Positions 24,050 to 34,515 of a DNA stretch of 64,000 bases are shown one piece after another (position 1 is the first letter of the stretch; each line of letters begins with the position of its first letter). Source of the DNA: a virus; IMG/VR virus record IMGVR_UViG_3300041964_000076, positions 1,498-65,497 of that record, one strand, 5' to 3'. The notes below the pieces were generated by a model, which saw only the letters and a program-made list of their open reading frames with translations, did not search any database and had not been told where the DNA came from. The position numbers and the translations under genes are program-made.

Positions 24050-25836
24050 TGGGAATTAACGCCACTGCCAGCAAGATCAGAATTTTAGTCGGTCCCGACG
24101 CGATCGACTTTAGCGAAGCGATCGTTAGTTTTGTGGCGGGTTTTGATAAGCGCGATCGTTCTGGGCAGTGCAAAGTCAGCGGGACACTGGTGCTGACAGC
24201 GCTGGATAACAACCTGGCTTTACTCAACCCTAGATTGAATTACGACATTGGCGGGGGCATTAACCCGCGGGCGCTGTGGAGTCGTGGTCAATTCATTCGC
24301 ATTCAGTCTACTGATGCGAGTGGCACCTTAATCGATCATCGGTTTAGTAAGCTTTATATCCTCAAAGAACCACTACCACCAAAATCACCCCAACCTCAAG
24401 ACGCGCGGATCACGTTAGAACTTGGCTGCGAGTTAAAGCTACGCGATTTTGCAGCACCGAATCCTAATCCCGTACTGGCGTGCGACCCTGAAGATCCAAC
24501 ACTTTCTCATGTGGGTATTGAGCAAAGCCCTAGCGAAGTGATCCGTAAATTACTGGTAAAAGCAGGGGTGACGGGCACCTGGGAAGGCGTGATTGAAAAC
24601 TATCCATTCTCCTACCCTGTTTCTAACGACAGTGGCAGCTATTTAGCTGTGGCAGGGGAAGTCGCGTTTGCACGGTTCTACTCATTGGTGCAAAAGCGAT
24701 CGACGGCAGGCAATATCACCGCTGTAGACTATCGCGCTACTGCCGATGCCACACCACTGCTGACAGTGACGATCGGGGAAGACGAGGCTGAATATGAACC
24801 CGTCTCAGGGCAAGAAACACCGTGCGAAGCGTTGCACTGTGAAGGCTCTACTTATGATGTGACAGATACATGGCAGGATGTGACGTTCTGCAAGGTTTTC
24901 TACGCCCCTGGCTCTAACTTGGTCACACGGTTAACGTGTACGAGAGACGCACAGAGCGCTACTGAGATCTTGCATGAGGTGACAGAGTTAGAACCACGCG
25001 GACTGTTAGCGCCAGACGATTTCCCTGGCAGTGATTCGCTCATCTTCAGTCGTCGCACAACGAATATCAAAACCTACGAGGCTAATGTTTGCGGCAACGG
25101 CAAGCTGCTGCAAGAAGAGACGATCATCGTCCGTCCGTTTCGTGTCGCCGTCAGCGAGTTCTGGAGTGGGCTGAGTACGGCTCAGAAAGCCAATTATGCT
25201 GCTTTTAGTCCGTCAATCGACACTCGCACGATCGTTTATTACAGCTACACCGAAAAAGAAGTAATCAAAGAGATTGAAAGCCGTACTAGCCGGATGCTGG
25301 CAAGTGTACTACCCAGTGTCGATCCAACGACCGCAGGCGTAATTTTTCAAGTGCCTGCTGCTAGCGAAATTCAGACCTACCGTGAAATCTGCCCAGGACA
25401 ATGGGAGTACACGCAAGCATCAGCTTCACCACTGGTTGATGTTTACCCTGATGCGGTGCCTGATAGCGCGTCAGTCAGCGAGAAAATTAGGTTAGCAACA
25501 ACTGACCCAATCTCAACTGTTTCCGCTAGTGGGCAGAACAATCCGCCTGCTACCGAGAGAAGACCACAGCGCTATGCCCGTAACGAACGGCAGTTAGAGG
25601 GTGTGGCACTCTTTGGTAGCTTTGCAGGCGCGAATCAACAAGATCGTAAGCGCTTCGTTTCAATCCCCTGGATGGTCAGCAATGAGCAGGCAAGCGCGAT
25701 CGCTCAACACTTAGGCGCTGAACTAATTGGACGCAGACAAGGGGCACAAATCCTTTTAGCCTTAACTGATGTTTGGCTGACCAATGAGAACCCTTATCCA
25801 GTCATTCACGTCAGAGAAGCCGCGTCTGGTGTTTGA
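24049..25836 (+). CDS. Baseplate hub/tail tip protein (probably continues by frameshift into the LamG region)
   Basis: Large ORF after Dit; the frame can be extended through 25860-26280. Confidence 0.55.
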   Translation: MGINATASKIRILVGPDAIDFSEAIVSFVAGFDKRDRSGQCKVSGTLVLTALDNNLALLNPRLNYDIGGGINPRALWSRGQFIRIQSTDASGTLIDHRFSKLYILKEPLPPKSPQPQDARITLELGCELKLRDFAAPNPNPVLACDPEDPTLSHVGIEQSPSEVIRKLLVKAGVTGTWEGVIENYPFSYPVSNDSGSYLAVAGEVAFARFYSLVQKRSTAGNITAVDYRATADATPLLTVTIGEDEAEYEPVSGQETPCEALHCEGSTYDVTDTWQDVTFCKVFYAPGSNLVTRLTCTRDAQSATEILHEVTELEPRGLLAPDDFPGSDSLIFSRRTTNIKTYEANVCGNGKLLQEETIIVRPFRVAVSEFWSGLSTAQKANYAAFSPSIDTRTIVYYSYTEKEVIKEIESRTSRMLASVLPSVDPTTAGVIFQVPAASEIQTYREICPGQWEYTQASASPLVDVYPDAVPDSASVSEKIRLATTDPISTVSASGQNNPPATERRPQRYARNERQLEGVALFGSFAGANQQDRKRFVSIPWMVSNEQASAIAQHLGAELIGRRQGAQILLALTDVWLTNENPYPVIHVREAASGV

Positions 25837-26005
25837 GGGTGGGGAAATGACGGTGGTGCATGACACGATCGTTTATCAGGTTGATGCACTCAGTTTTGAG
25901 CACGATCGCACTCGCGCTACGGTCGGGTTGTGAGTTGATCTGGCTGGCAACCATTCCCGCAGGGCGCAACAGTGCCAGTGCTGCCTTATGTGCCGACCGT
26001 CATGC

Positions 26006-26300
26006 GATCGGGTGTGGCACCTGTACTCAGTCTGAGCGGTGTTGCAGGTGAGTTTGGATCACTCGATCACGCGATCGGGTGTGGCACCATTAATCAAACT
26101 GTTTGCTCGAGCGGAACAGGGGCAACAACGATCATCCGCTCGGGCGTAGCACCTGTACTCAATCTCTCTGCTTTGAGTGGTGACTATACCTTGCCTGTCA
26201 TTCCGCTCGGTGTAGCACCTGTACTCAGATTGAGTGCTTTAGGTGGTAGTCGAATGCTTCAGTCGAGCGATCGGGTGTAGCACCAGTGATGAATTTGAGC
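26006..26300 (+). repeat. Five about 66-bp spaced coding repeats (RSGVAPV-like)
   Basis: CGATCGGGTGT(G/A)GCACC variants at about 26006, 26072, 26136, 26204, 26269. Confidence 0.75.
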
Positions 26301-27017
26301 ACTTTGACGGCGCAGATTGGTGCGCTGCCTTCCGGTGCTCAACCTTCCGCCTACTGGAACCTAATCGCAAACGGTAACACTGCTGTGGGTACACCCAACC
26401 TCACGGCTGGGTCAGGGGTATCCTTCGCCAGTGGCACCCATGCAGCGCTTAATGGAAGCACTAGCGCCACGCTTGCAGGGGCAGATACGGCAGACATTAG
26501 CGTGGGTAACGAAGCCTTCACGATCGGCGCTTGGGTTTATCTCAATAGCACAGCCTCTCTTCTTGCCTTCATGCAAAAAGGCTTGGGCGGGTCGGGCAGC
26601 AATTATACGGGTGCTGTGTTTGAGTATCTTGTTTACTACGATCAGAGCGCCTTACGCTTTAGGGGTGCCTTGTATGACACGACTTCGCTTAATAGCTCCG
26701 GAGTTGCGATTGTTACGGCTTCAACCTTTGGCGCTCCAGCGATCAACACTTGGTATTACCTTGTGTTCTACTACAAGCCTGGATCGCCCAATACGATTGG
26801 GCTGAGCGTGAACAATGGTGCGTTTAATACGCTCACGACCACAATCAATCATGTTGACACGGCTACCAACATGACGCTTGGTTATCGTTCTAGTGATAAC
26901 TTCAATCTCAATGGCAGGATGAGGTATGCAGGATTCTGGAAAGATCTACCAGCCGATGCTGGAGGAAGTATCGATCTTGCCTATTACTACAACGGGGGAG
27001 CTGGTCGTCCCTTGTAG
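26286..27017 (+). CDS. LamG/concanavalin A-like domain tail protein (candidate receptor-binding)
   Basis: AFTIGAWVY...INTWYYLVF...GLSVNNG...LNGRMRYAGFW LamG-like pattern. Confidence 0.8.
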   Translation: MMNLSTLTAQIGALPSGAQPSAYWNLIANGNTAVGTPNLTAGSGVSFASGTHAALNGSTSATLAGADTADISVGNEAFTIGAWVYLNSTASLLAFMQKGLGGSGSNYTGAVFEYLVYYDQSALRFRGALYDTTSLNSSGVAIVTASTFGAPAINTWYYLVFYYKPGSPNTIGLSVNNGAFNTLTTTINHVDTATNMTLGYRSSDNFNLNGRMRYAGFWKDLPADAGGSIDLAYYYNGGAGRPL

Positions 27018-28093
27018 CGGACAAAATGACGCTCTACTGTCCAGTAGAACAACCAGCCAACAACAACGGCAAAAACCATCGCAAGAGCAAAAAGCATAAG
27101 GGGGTTGCGGTAGCCGATCGTCATGGCAATCGCTTTCCAGCAAGCGAAAACAGGATAATGCACCAAGTAAAGCGAGTAGCTAAACGACCCTAGCCAAATG
27201 AGCCAACGTGAACCAAAAAAGCCTTCTAGCCAAGTTGGTTGCGTTCTGTCGACGCTCAGTTGAAAAAGGCAGGCTAACAACAATCCCGTCACCAGATCAA
27301 ATTCCCAATATCGATTAAGGTGATCTCCAAAGAACAGCAAGCCGCTCAACTCGTTGCGATCGCCCATGATGGGAAAAGCCCAGAACAGGCACAGCAAAAG
27401 GGTAGCAGCAAACCAAGCAAAAGCTTTTGGCTCTGGCAATGCTTTTTGTGACGCGAGAAAGCTAAGTGCAAAGATGCAAAAAAACCAAAGCCCTAAAAGC
27501 CATCCGTTAAAGTACCAATTCAGCCAGCAAGCCAAACCGCTGACAGCAATGGCGAACAAAAGTACAGCTTGAGATCCGAAGCGGCGGTGCAACCATACCA
27601 GCACAGGGAAGAGCAGATAAATTCTAAGTTCTAGTGCCACTGTCCAAAGTGGACCTGTCTCCAGGGTTTCATCAACAAAGACATCATTAAGTAACAGTAA
27701 GTTGAATAGCATTTGTCTCTGGTCTGGTAGCCAGTCGATACCCAAAACCTGAAACCGCAAGGCGGCAAGCGCGATCGCCAATAGCGTCAGCGCATAAACA
27801 GGGGGCACAATGCGCCAGAAGCGTCGTTTGAGGAACGGTAGCACCAGGAATGGTCGATCGGGTTTGACTTGTAAACCAAGCGTGAAGCCACTGATAGCGA
27901 TAAAAATAGTGACAGCCAAATGCCCGTAACCCAGTACGTGAATGAGTGGGTAAACAAAGCCAGTCGGGTTGCGTTGTAAGAATGAAGCGCTGGCATGGCA
28001 AGCGGCAACATAGAGAGCGCAAAAGCCGCGTATTCCGTCAAGATAAGGTAGTCTCACAAAAGAAGTCAGAAAGACACCCTCATCATGCCCCAT
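26987..28093 (-). CDS. Acyltransferase family 3 (OafA-like) O-acyltransferase
   Basis: LDGIRGFCALYVAACH, FIAISGF, FLKRRFWRIVP, LWTVALELRIY, LGSFSYSLYLVH; many TM helices. Confidence 0.92.
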   Translation of the reverse strand: MGHDEGVFLTSFVRLPYLDGIRGFCALYVAACHASASFLQRNPTGFVYPLIHVLGYGHLAVTIFIAISGFTLGLQVKPDRPFLVLPFLKRRFWRIVPPVYALTLLAIALAALRFQVLGIDWLPDQRQMLFNLLLLNDVFVDETLETGPLWTVALELRIYLLFPVLVWLHRRFGSQAVLLFAIAVSGLACWLNWYFNGWLLGLWFFCIFALSFLASQKALPEPKAFAWFAATLLLCLFWAFPIMGDRNELSGLLFFGDHLNRYWEFDLVTGLLLACLFQLSVDRTQPTWLEGFFGSRWLIWLGSFSYSLYLVHYPVFACWKAIAMTIGYRNPLMLFALAMVFAVVVGWLFYWTVERHFVRYKGRPAPPL

Positions 28094-28152
28094 TGCTTTC
28101 GCAAGATAGCCATTGAAGCAATCGTTCCTTTCCTACGCCGTACAGCCAAAAC

Positions 28153-28740
28153 CTAGCGACAAAGCCGTATCTTTGTAGCAGTAGCGCTTTCCGATCGCGC
28201 CAACTCATCCTTAAACTTTTGCTGCTTCTGCTCATCCAATAAACCGGATGCTGCATCTTTCGCCGCCTGCACACTTCTCTTATTCGACTGATCGACTTCT
28301 GCCGTTGCCTGTCCACAAGTCCAGGGGTAGCCTTTCAGGTAAACCATAGCGGCGATCGCGGCTATAGCAGGGCAAGGGCGATCGAGCCACCGATAACGAG
28401 TGAGTTTTGTTTTGCGACATTTTTGGTTTAGCCTAGCAGTCGCAAGGGCGATCGGCAAGAATCAAGAGTTAAGAGCAGTTTTAACTTCCTGTAAGACCTC
28501 AAAATAATCTGGAGAACTTAAGGCTTCCGGTTTGGCTGCCAATCCGCTAACGAAACGATCCAACGCTTTTACTTCTGCACTATCCAGCGTCACGCTCTCT
28601 AAAAAGTTCTGTTTGGCGACGGAGGCTAATTCGTCAATGCCGACTTCTTGACTTATCGCCAAAGCAGAATTAAGAACGATCGCGCTACCAGTTCTAAGTT
28701 TGACAGTTTTCGCTGAACTAGACATTTTAACCACGCTCAT
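28153..28740 (-). CDS. Two small hypothetical proteins upstream of the acyltransferase (one membrane-anchored)
   Basis: ORFs 28462-28740 and 28153-28458, co-oriented with the acyltransferase. Confidence 0.4.
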
Positions 28741-28765
28741 AAAAAATCAACCATAACATAGACCT

Positions 28766-28909
28766 ATGAGTACAGATGTCACAGCACTTTTAGAAGCGAG
28801 ATCGCAGGCACGGTCAGAGCGCAACTGGGCAGAAGCCGATCGCTTGCGTAAACTGATTGAGGATCAGGGCTATCAAGTCGTCGATCGCAAGACGGCACCA
28901 GCGAACTGA
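28766..28909 (+). CDS. Stand-alone CysRS C-terminal (anticodon-binding)-like domain
   Basis: MSTDVTALLEARSQARSERNWAEADRLRKLIEDQGYQVVDRK, and DGTSELK after a 1-nt shift; below the ORF-track size cutoff. Confidence 0.65.
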   Translation: MSTDVTALLEARSQARSERNWAEADRLRKLIEDQGYQVVDRKTAPAN

Positions 28910-29219
28910 AGGGAGGGCAAACACCGTCAGTCGTGAGCGATCGACCGCATCAAGACTCAAACCACAGTCAGGGTGTTGACGCCGATGGTAGTCTTTGGGG
29001 CTATGCTCTCAGCACATGGATAGTGCCAAAAAGCGATCGGTGAGAGCTTGCCGGATCAATGATGTCAGAAGCCAATCAATAGACACTATCAGAGCGATCG
29101 CACAACATCGCGCCAACTGTCGGGCTATGTGCCTTCTTTGCGGGACGCAGCCACCGATACAGTATTGATTCAATACACTTGACAGGTGGCACAATATAGG
29201 CATTGTCACTACTCTTCCC

Positions 29220-29870
29220 ATGCCTCCAGTTATTCCCAATCGCCTCTCATTGGATTTTCTCACAGCTTACCTGCCTAATGCCACGACGATCGACGCTCAC
29301 CTGTTGACTGCTGCCCCGGCTGAAACAGCAAGCACAGGAGCCGATTTAAGCATTGTCTCTGGCGGTAACTACACTTCTAAAAACTTTACCCTCACTGCAC
29401 CGTCTGCGGATGGCTCAGGGGCAAAGACAGTGCCCAGCGTTACCTCACTGAACTGGACAGGGCTATTCGCTGGCGCGGCAACTGCGATCACTCACATCGG
29501 CTTTACCAAACGTGCAGGGGGTAGTTATGCCTCTTCTGATCCTTTTGTTGATGCGATCGAACTAACGGCGGACACAACGATCGCGTCAGTCACAACCGCA
29601 ACCGGGTCGCCCATATCAGCACGACAAACAGCTTTGCAGCGCTGACTGCTGGCAAACCATCACGGGCACTGGTATCCCCTCAGAAACAACGATTCTGGCA
29701 ATTCCAACCAGTACAACGATCGTCCTATCCAAACGTGCAACGGCATCGGGCACCGTCACGGTTACGATTAAAACCCCGTCATCCTACACGCCACCAACGT
29801 CTTCTAATGGTGCGTCTGACTTCGCTTTTACGTTTCCTGCTTACCTACTCAAACTTGATGATTACCTGTA
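29220..29870 (+). CDS. Putative tail structural protein (frameshifted)
   Basis: Thr/Ala/Ser-rich, LLTAAP...GGNY motif typical of phage tail proteins. Confidence 0.5.
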
Positions 29871-29871
29871 G

Positions 29872-30786
29872 ATGGCTGACGATGTAACGGCAGAACTGCG
29901 AAGCCGTCTTGACGCAGCAAGAGGTGACTATAACAAGAGAGTTTTAGCGGCTCATAATGACCCGACTCAGGCTCAATCGTTTGCTGTGGGCTGGACAGGC
30001 GATCGCCTCTTGGTGCGTGGCAATGATGGCACCCTGACAGCAAAACAGGTGATCACAAATGGGGCGATCGGGCTTGGCGATCCGGTCACTGTGAGCGGGG
30101 ATACTGCCAACGAAATGCCACGGGTGAAGCGGCAACCAAAGATCAGCGAGAGTCGCCCTGAGATTGATCTAGAAATCACGTTTGAGAGTATCGGCATCAA
30201 CAGTCAGCCGTTCATGTTTAGCGTTAATGGCAGGACGCGCGAAATCGCTTATGATCTTGCTCAACGGTTTGACGTTTTTGGGCGCGGCTTGATGACGTTG
30301 CCTATGCGGACACGCGATCGCAAGCTGAAAATGACGCTACACGCTGAAAATACTGGCAGCAATCTCGACACATCTGTAAATGCCTTTTTCTATCCTGCCA
30401 GAGTGCGAAATCTGGATGTGACCATTACCTGTGAGACTCAGGTTAAGAATTGGTACAGCAACAACCCACAGCCTGATTCACGTTTTGTCAACTGGCTGAT
30501 TTTGGATGACTTTAAACTACCGACTCAAGACTTTTTTAGCTTTCTGGACACAGCAACGCTAGCCTATCCACCGTATCCCGTTAGCGCCAGTGGGTTTGTC
30601 AACGATGGCATTTTTGGCACGATCGACGCTGAGAAGATTGTTGGTAAACTGAACGGCACAATTAGCCAGGGTGGACAAAATAGCGGTGCTAGCATTTTTA
30701 TCTTCGCTCCCTTCACCGCTATTTCAACCCTTAGCGATGTTGACGCTTTCACTTACACGACCACTTACACTTTTACCTTCAAGTAA
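29872..30786 (+). CDS. Putative tail tip/fibre protein
   Basis: Beta-rich; N-terminus paralogous to the next ORF. Confidence 0.45.
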   Translation: MADDVTAELRSRLDAARGDYNKRVLAAHNDPTQAQSFAVGWTGDRLLVRGNDGTLTAKQVITNGAIGLGDPVTVSGDTANEMPRVKRQPKISESRPEIDLEITFESIGINSQPFMFSVNGRTREIAYDLAQRFDVFGRGLMTLPMRTRDRKLKMTLHAENTGSNLDTSVNAFFYPARVRNLDVTITCETQVKNWYSNNPQPDSRFVNWLILDDFKLPTQDFFSFLDTATLAYPPYPVSASGFVNDGIFGTIDAEKIVGKLNGTISQGGQNSGASIFIFAPFTAISTLSDVDAFTYTTTYTFTFK

Positions 30787-31061
30787 TGTCTGACGTTACC
30801 GCTAATCTGCGAAGCCAGCTAGACCGCTCTCGCAGTCGCTACAACGATCGCGCCAATGCTGTAAAGCCAACACCCGGTACAGGTGTTGTGGTTGGCATGA
30901 GTGGCGGGCTGTATCAAGTACGGGCGATCGATGGCAACTTGTATACGTGTCGCAGTATTTCGACTGGCAGCATCGAAATCGACCCCAATGGACAGGGGAA
31001 ACCTGTGGCGCTCCATATCACCAATCAGGGCATACCAACGATTAGCGTGATGCCTGTTTAA
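30786..31061 (+). CDS. Small putative tail protein
   Basis: MSDVTANLRSQLD resembles the N-terminus of 29872-30786. Confidence 0.45.
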   Translation: MSDVTANLRSQLDRSRSRYNDRANAVKPTPGTGVVVGMSGGLYQVRAIDGNLYTCRSISTGSIEIDPNGQGKPVALHITNQGIPTISVMPV

Positions 31062-31387
31062 GGTGTGCTTGCTTCTATAAGTGCCGCCGCCGCTTTCACT
31101 GCTTCAGCGATCGTTCTACCAAAACCGACAGGCTCAACATTGCCGTCTAATTTGAGGTACTTTTCCCACGCTGAAAAATAGGCGTAACTGAATACGCCCG
31201 CATACCAAAGCCCCTCATCTTCATCAGGAATTACAGTCAGACGATGCTTGGCAATTAAAGCAACGATCGCGTCACCATCGCTGCCATCTGTATTAACCAT
31301 TGTTCACCTTTGCTGCGATTGTGGTGGGAGAAGATGCGATCGCCCCTCAATCATATGCCAGAAACCACGCAAGCCAAGCGCTGGTAC

Positions 31388-31696
31388 TTAGGACTTAAGG
31401 TATCGAAAGTAAACTGCCAACGCTTCCTCTATCACCTGGATCTGTGTAGTCTCTTGACTGAGTGATCGCGCCACCACTTGATCCCACAGATCACGATTGA
31501 CCCTGAGCTTGACAGGAATCTTGGGGCGATCGCCTGCCTGCCTGTTGCTGGCTTTCTTGCCAGAGATTGTCCCTAGACAACGCTGACAGGTCACTTTTTC
31601 AATGTCAGAGGTGACGCGATCGGGTTCAGGCGTTCCCATGCCGCAAGCGTGGAAGCGATCGCTGAATTTTGGGTGCCGATAGTGGATGGCTTTCAT
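31388..31696 (-). CDS. Small protein with CxxC and ribbon-helix-helix-like C-terminus
   Basis: VTCQRC; VKLRVNRDLWDQV...QVIEEALAVY. Confidence 0.45.
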   Translation of the reverse strand: MKAIHYRHPKFSDRFHACGMGTPEPDRVTSDIEKVTCQRCLGTISGKKASNRQAGDRPKIPVKLRVNRDLWDQVVARSLSQETTQIQVIEEALAVYFRYLKS

Positions 31697-32064
31697 GCTA
31701 GTGAGGCAAGCTTGGTTGTGATTTGGTCAAAGCCTTCAGGTTTAAGGTGAGGCATCAAACTGTATACGGTTAAAGCCTTTTCATGCCGAGTAGCAATGTC
31801 GCTTACTACGTTGCTTAATGGGTTTCTGTTTAGCTTGGCTAGCGTTCTTTCTACATCTAGCTTGAACTCAGTAACGCGAGGCAAGTAGATTTTGTCGCCT
31901 GTCAATTCTGGATTGCCATGCCAACTTGTTCCTGTTAGTTCAACTGGCTTACCAATACTGCTGTCTGCAACAATTCCAGCATTCACCCCTGACATTATTT
32001 GCGCTGTCTTGAGATCAATCGTGCCTTCGTTCTGACTGTACAAACTTAAAATCGCTGCGTTCAT
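31693..32064 (-). CDS. Hypothetical protein
   Basis: ORF overlapping the next gene by ATGA. Confidence 0.4.
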   Translation of the reverse strand: MNAAILSLYSQNEGTIDLKTAQIMSGVNAGIVADSSIGKPVELTGTSWHGNPELTGDKIYLPRVTEFKLDVERTLAKLNRNPLSNVVSDIATRHEKALTVYSLMPHLKPEGFDQITTKLASLA

Positions 32065-32545
32065 CTCGGTGCCTCGTTTCTCTCTACCCTTCTAATGTAC
32101 ACCCATTAGAGTGGATTGGCAAGAGGGTGAGCGAAAAAAGTTGGAGTAGTGCGATCGCCCCAGCACAAAACGGCACGAGCGATCGTAAATCTTTCGCGCA
32201 ATCCCTAGCGTACAGGTCAAAATGGTAGTGTCGATCGCGGTTGACATATGCCAGGACTACCAGACACGACAGACGATCGCCTTAACCATCTGGGCAAACT
32301 GATGCACGAACAGGATGACGAGCAGATGGCACGCATCCAACGACTTGAGGAGCGTCAAGGCTTCCTTCTGAGCGCTGTGGCTCAATTGCAGAGGTATCTG
32401 CCTAAAGACATCATGCCAGTGCCAATATGTGACGTGGGAGAAGGGATAAGCGATGCACAAGCGATCGCGGCTCTACTGAACGCTGCTGACGTTGCAGGGC
32501 AGATTGAGCAAGGGAAAGGAACGGGCACTTATACAGGTGATCTCA

Positions 32546-32971
32546 ATGATTGAAGTTGAGCAAGCGCAAGTGGTAGTAGTGCGATCGCTGTTGGATCTGA
32601 ACCTGTTCGTTGCAGACTATGTGATGGGCTGGGACGATCGGTATTTTTTTGAGGAAAGACCAGGTATTCCGCATTACTGGGACCCTGACACGAAAACTTG
32701 CTACACATATAATCAATGGTCTCCGTCAGAAAGCATTGAAGACGCTTGGCAGGTTGTTGAAAAGTTAGAACACCTTACACCCGTTATTGAGGCGTTAACT
32801 CAGACAGAGCAACAATCAGCTAAATGGCGTTGTCTGTTTGCAAATATAAGCGAACTTGGACTGAACCACGGGTGGCATCTATCTGACAGTTCTACCGCAC
32901 CGATCGCCATCTGCCTCGCTGCCCTCAAAACCGTAGGCATAGAAGTGCAACTGGAGCTAAATGATGCCTGA
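32546..32971 (+). CDS. Phage ABA sandwich domain-like protein
   Basis: LNLFVADYVMGW...WSPSESIEDAWQVVEKL...APIAICLAALK. Confidence 0.7.
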   Translation: MIEVEQAQVVVVRSLLDLNLFVADYVMGWDDRYFFEERPGIPHYWDPDTKTCYTYNQWSPSESIEDAWQVVEKLEHLTPVIEALTQTEQQSAKWRCLFANISELGLNHGWHLSDSSTAPIAICLAALKTVGIEVQLELNDA

Positions 32972-33605
32972 ACCACGATTCCCACTGCCATACGAGCAAA
33001 TCAATAAACTTTCGTTTATTGTGAAGCAGCATCGGCAAAAGGCTGTTGAGGAGCTGGGTCAAACGAATTTCAGACTGGAACAATTACGTGGCGATATAAA
33101 TGCGATCGCCCAAAAAACCCGCGATAGGGTGGGTAGTCTGAAAGCGGTGGCAATCATAGCGATCGCTCTGTCCATCATCAATCTCGGTCTAATCATCTTC
33201 TGGAAGCGTTAAATGTCCAACATCACCCCAGAACACAGCCATAACGCTCGACCACTTGATGAGCAAATGGCAGCGCTGACCGATCGCGTGGATGGCGATA
33301 TGGCAGCAGTCTTTGAGCAGTTGGACGAACAGAGCAAAATGATTGTGGCACTCAAGGCTAAGATTCAAAACCTGGACGATCGCCGGGGCTGGGTGGATGA
33401 GATTGCCCTAATTCTCAACTGGGCAGAACGCAACCATAGATGGGTGTGGGGAGTTGTAGCGGCGGGGGCAGTAACAACGCTCTTGCTCAACATCTCGCAG
33501 GATGGCAAAGAAAAGCTAGTGGAACGATTGACCACAGTAGAAGCGATTACAGCACTGGCGATCGTTGCAACGGCTGGCGCAAAAACGGCATTAGATAAGA
33601 AATAG
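32961..33605 (+). CDS. Two coiled-coil, C-terminally membrane-anchored proteins (holin-like lysis candidates)
   Basis: ORFs 32961-33212 and 33213-33605 with TM segments upstream of the endolysin. Confidence 0.45.
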
Positions 33606-33680
33606 TGGTGAAAAATGGATAAGTTACTAGACGTTGTTTATTTCCAGTTAATCCGACCCGTCAAGATGGGCACATACCAA

Positions 33681-33905
33681 CTACTTCAAACCAAGATCAA
33701 AAATAGCTTTTGCTATTTCTCTAATTCTTCGCAGGCTAGCAGATTGATACCTTGTTGATTCATACCGCTGAATTTGTTGTTCTTTCATGCCCAGCTTTTC
33801 AGCGACATCTCTTTGCGTCAGTCCTAAGCGTTGCCTTTCCTCTATAAGCATTTCAGGTAGTTTATCAATCAAGTGATCAATAAATTGGGGGATCTGGTTT
33901 GGCAT
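33681..33905 (-). CDS. XRE HTH protein (HigA-like C-terminal domain)
   Basis: ERQRLGLTQRDVAEKLGMKEQQIQRYE. Confidence 0.8.
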   Translation of the reverse strand: MPNQIPQFIDHLIDKLPEMLIEERQRLGLTQRDVAEKLGMKEQQIQRYESTRYQSASLRRIREIAKAIFDLGLK

Positions 33906-33958
33906 AAAAACACAACAAAATAGTTGTATAATAGTATCATAGTTTTTGCAAACAGAGC

Positions 33959-34435
33959 ATGATACCTAAATTTAGTACGGCAGGCTGTATATACTCAAAA
34001 CACTGCCTTTCCAAGACTGGATACCCTGTTAAGACCTTTCAGCGTAAAGTTCAAAAAATTAGTCGTCTTGTTTTAGCAGAAAAACTCGGTAGACCGATAA
34101 AAGACGGAATGGTTGCTTGTCATACTTGTGATAACAGGGCTTGTGTGAATGCAGAGCATTTGTACGAAGGCACTCGAAAACAAAATATACATGATGCTAT
34201 GGAACGAGCAGGAATGCAGCAAGGCTCTAAAAACCATCAAGCAAAACTCAATGAAACGCTAGCCGTATTTGCGGCACACAGACTGCGAGAAGGAAAATCC
34301 GTTTTTGAAGTTGCGGATATGCTTAATGTTGCGCCTTCTACTATAAGTTCCATAAAATCTGGTCGAACATGGGCTAAACACACAGGTTTAAAAGAAGGGG
34401 ATTTGCCTGATAGACGACGTTTGCGCAGTCGTTAA
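33959..34435 (+). CDS. HNH homing endonuclease with C-terminal HTH
   Basis: ACHTCDNRACVNAEHLYEGTRKQNIHD. Confidence 0.88.
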   Translation: MIPKFSTAGCIYSKHCLSKTGYPVKTFQRKVQKISRLVLAEKLGRPIKDGMVACHTCDNRACVNAEHLYEGTRKQNIHDAMERAGMQQGSKNHQAKLNETLAVFAAHRLREGKSVFEVADMLNVAPSTISSIKSGRTWAKHTGLKEGDLPDRRRLRSR

Positions 34436-34515
34436 TTCAAAAGGTTGTACGGCGAATGATTTGATGATTAAGCTGGACATTAGTAAAACAAGTGCTTACA
34501 AGAAAATGAAAAAAT

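Noticed and set aside
26006-26300. CRISPR-like mini-array
   Set aside because: Repeats are degenerate, encode a conserved peptide in frame, the intervening segments partly resemble each other, and no cas genes or leader are present.
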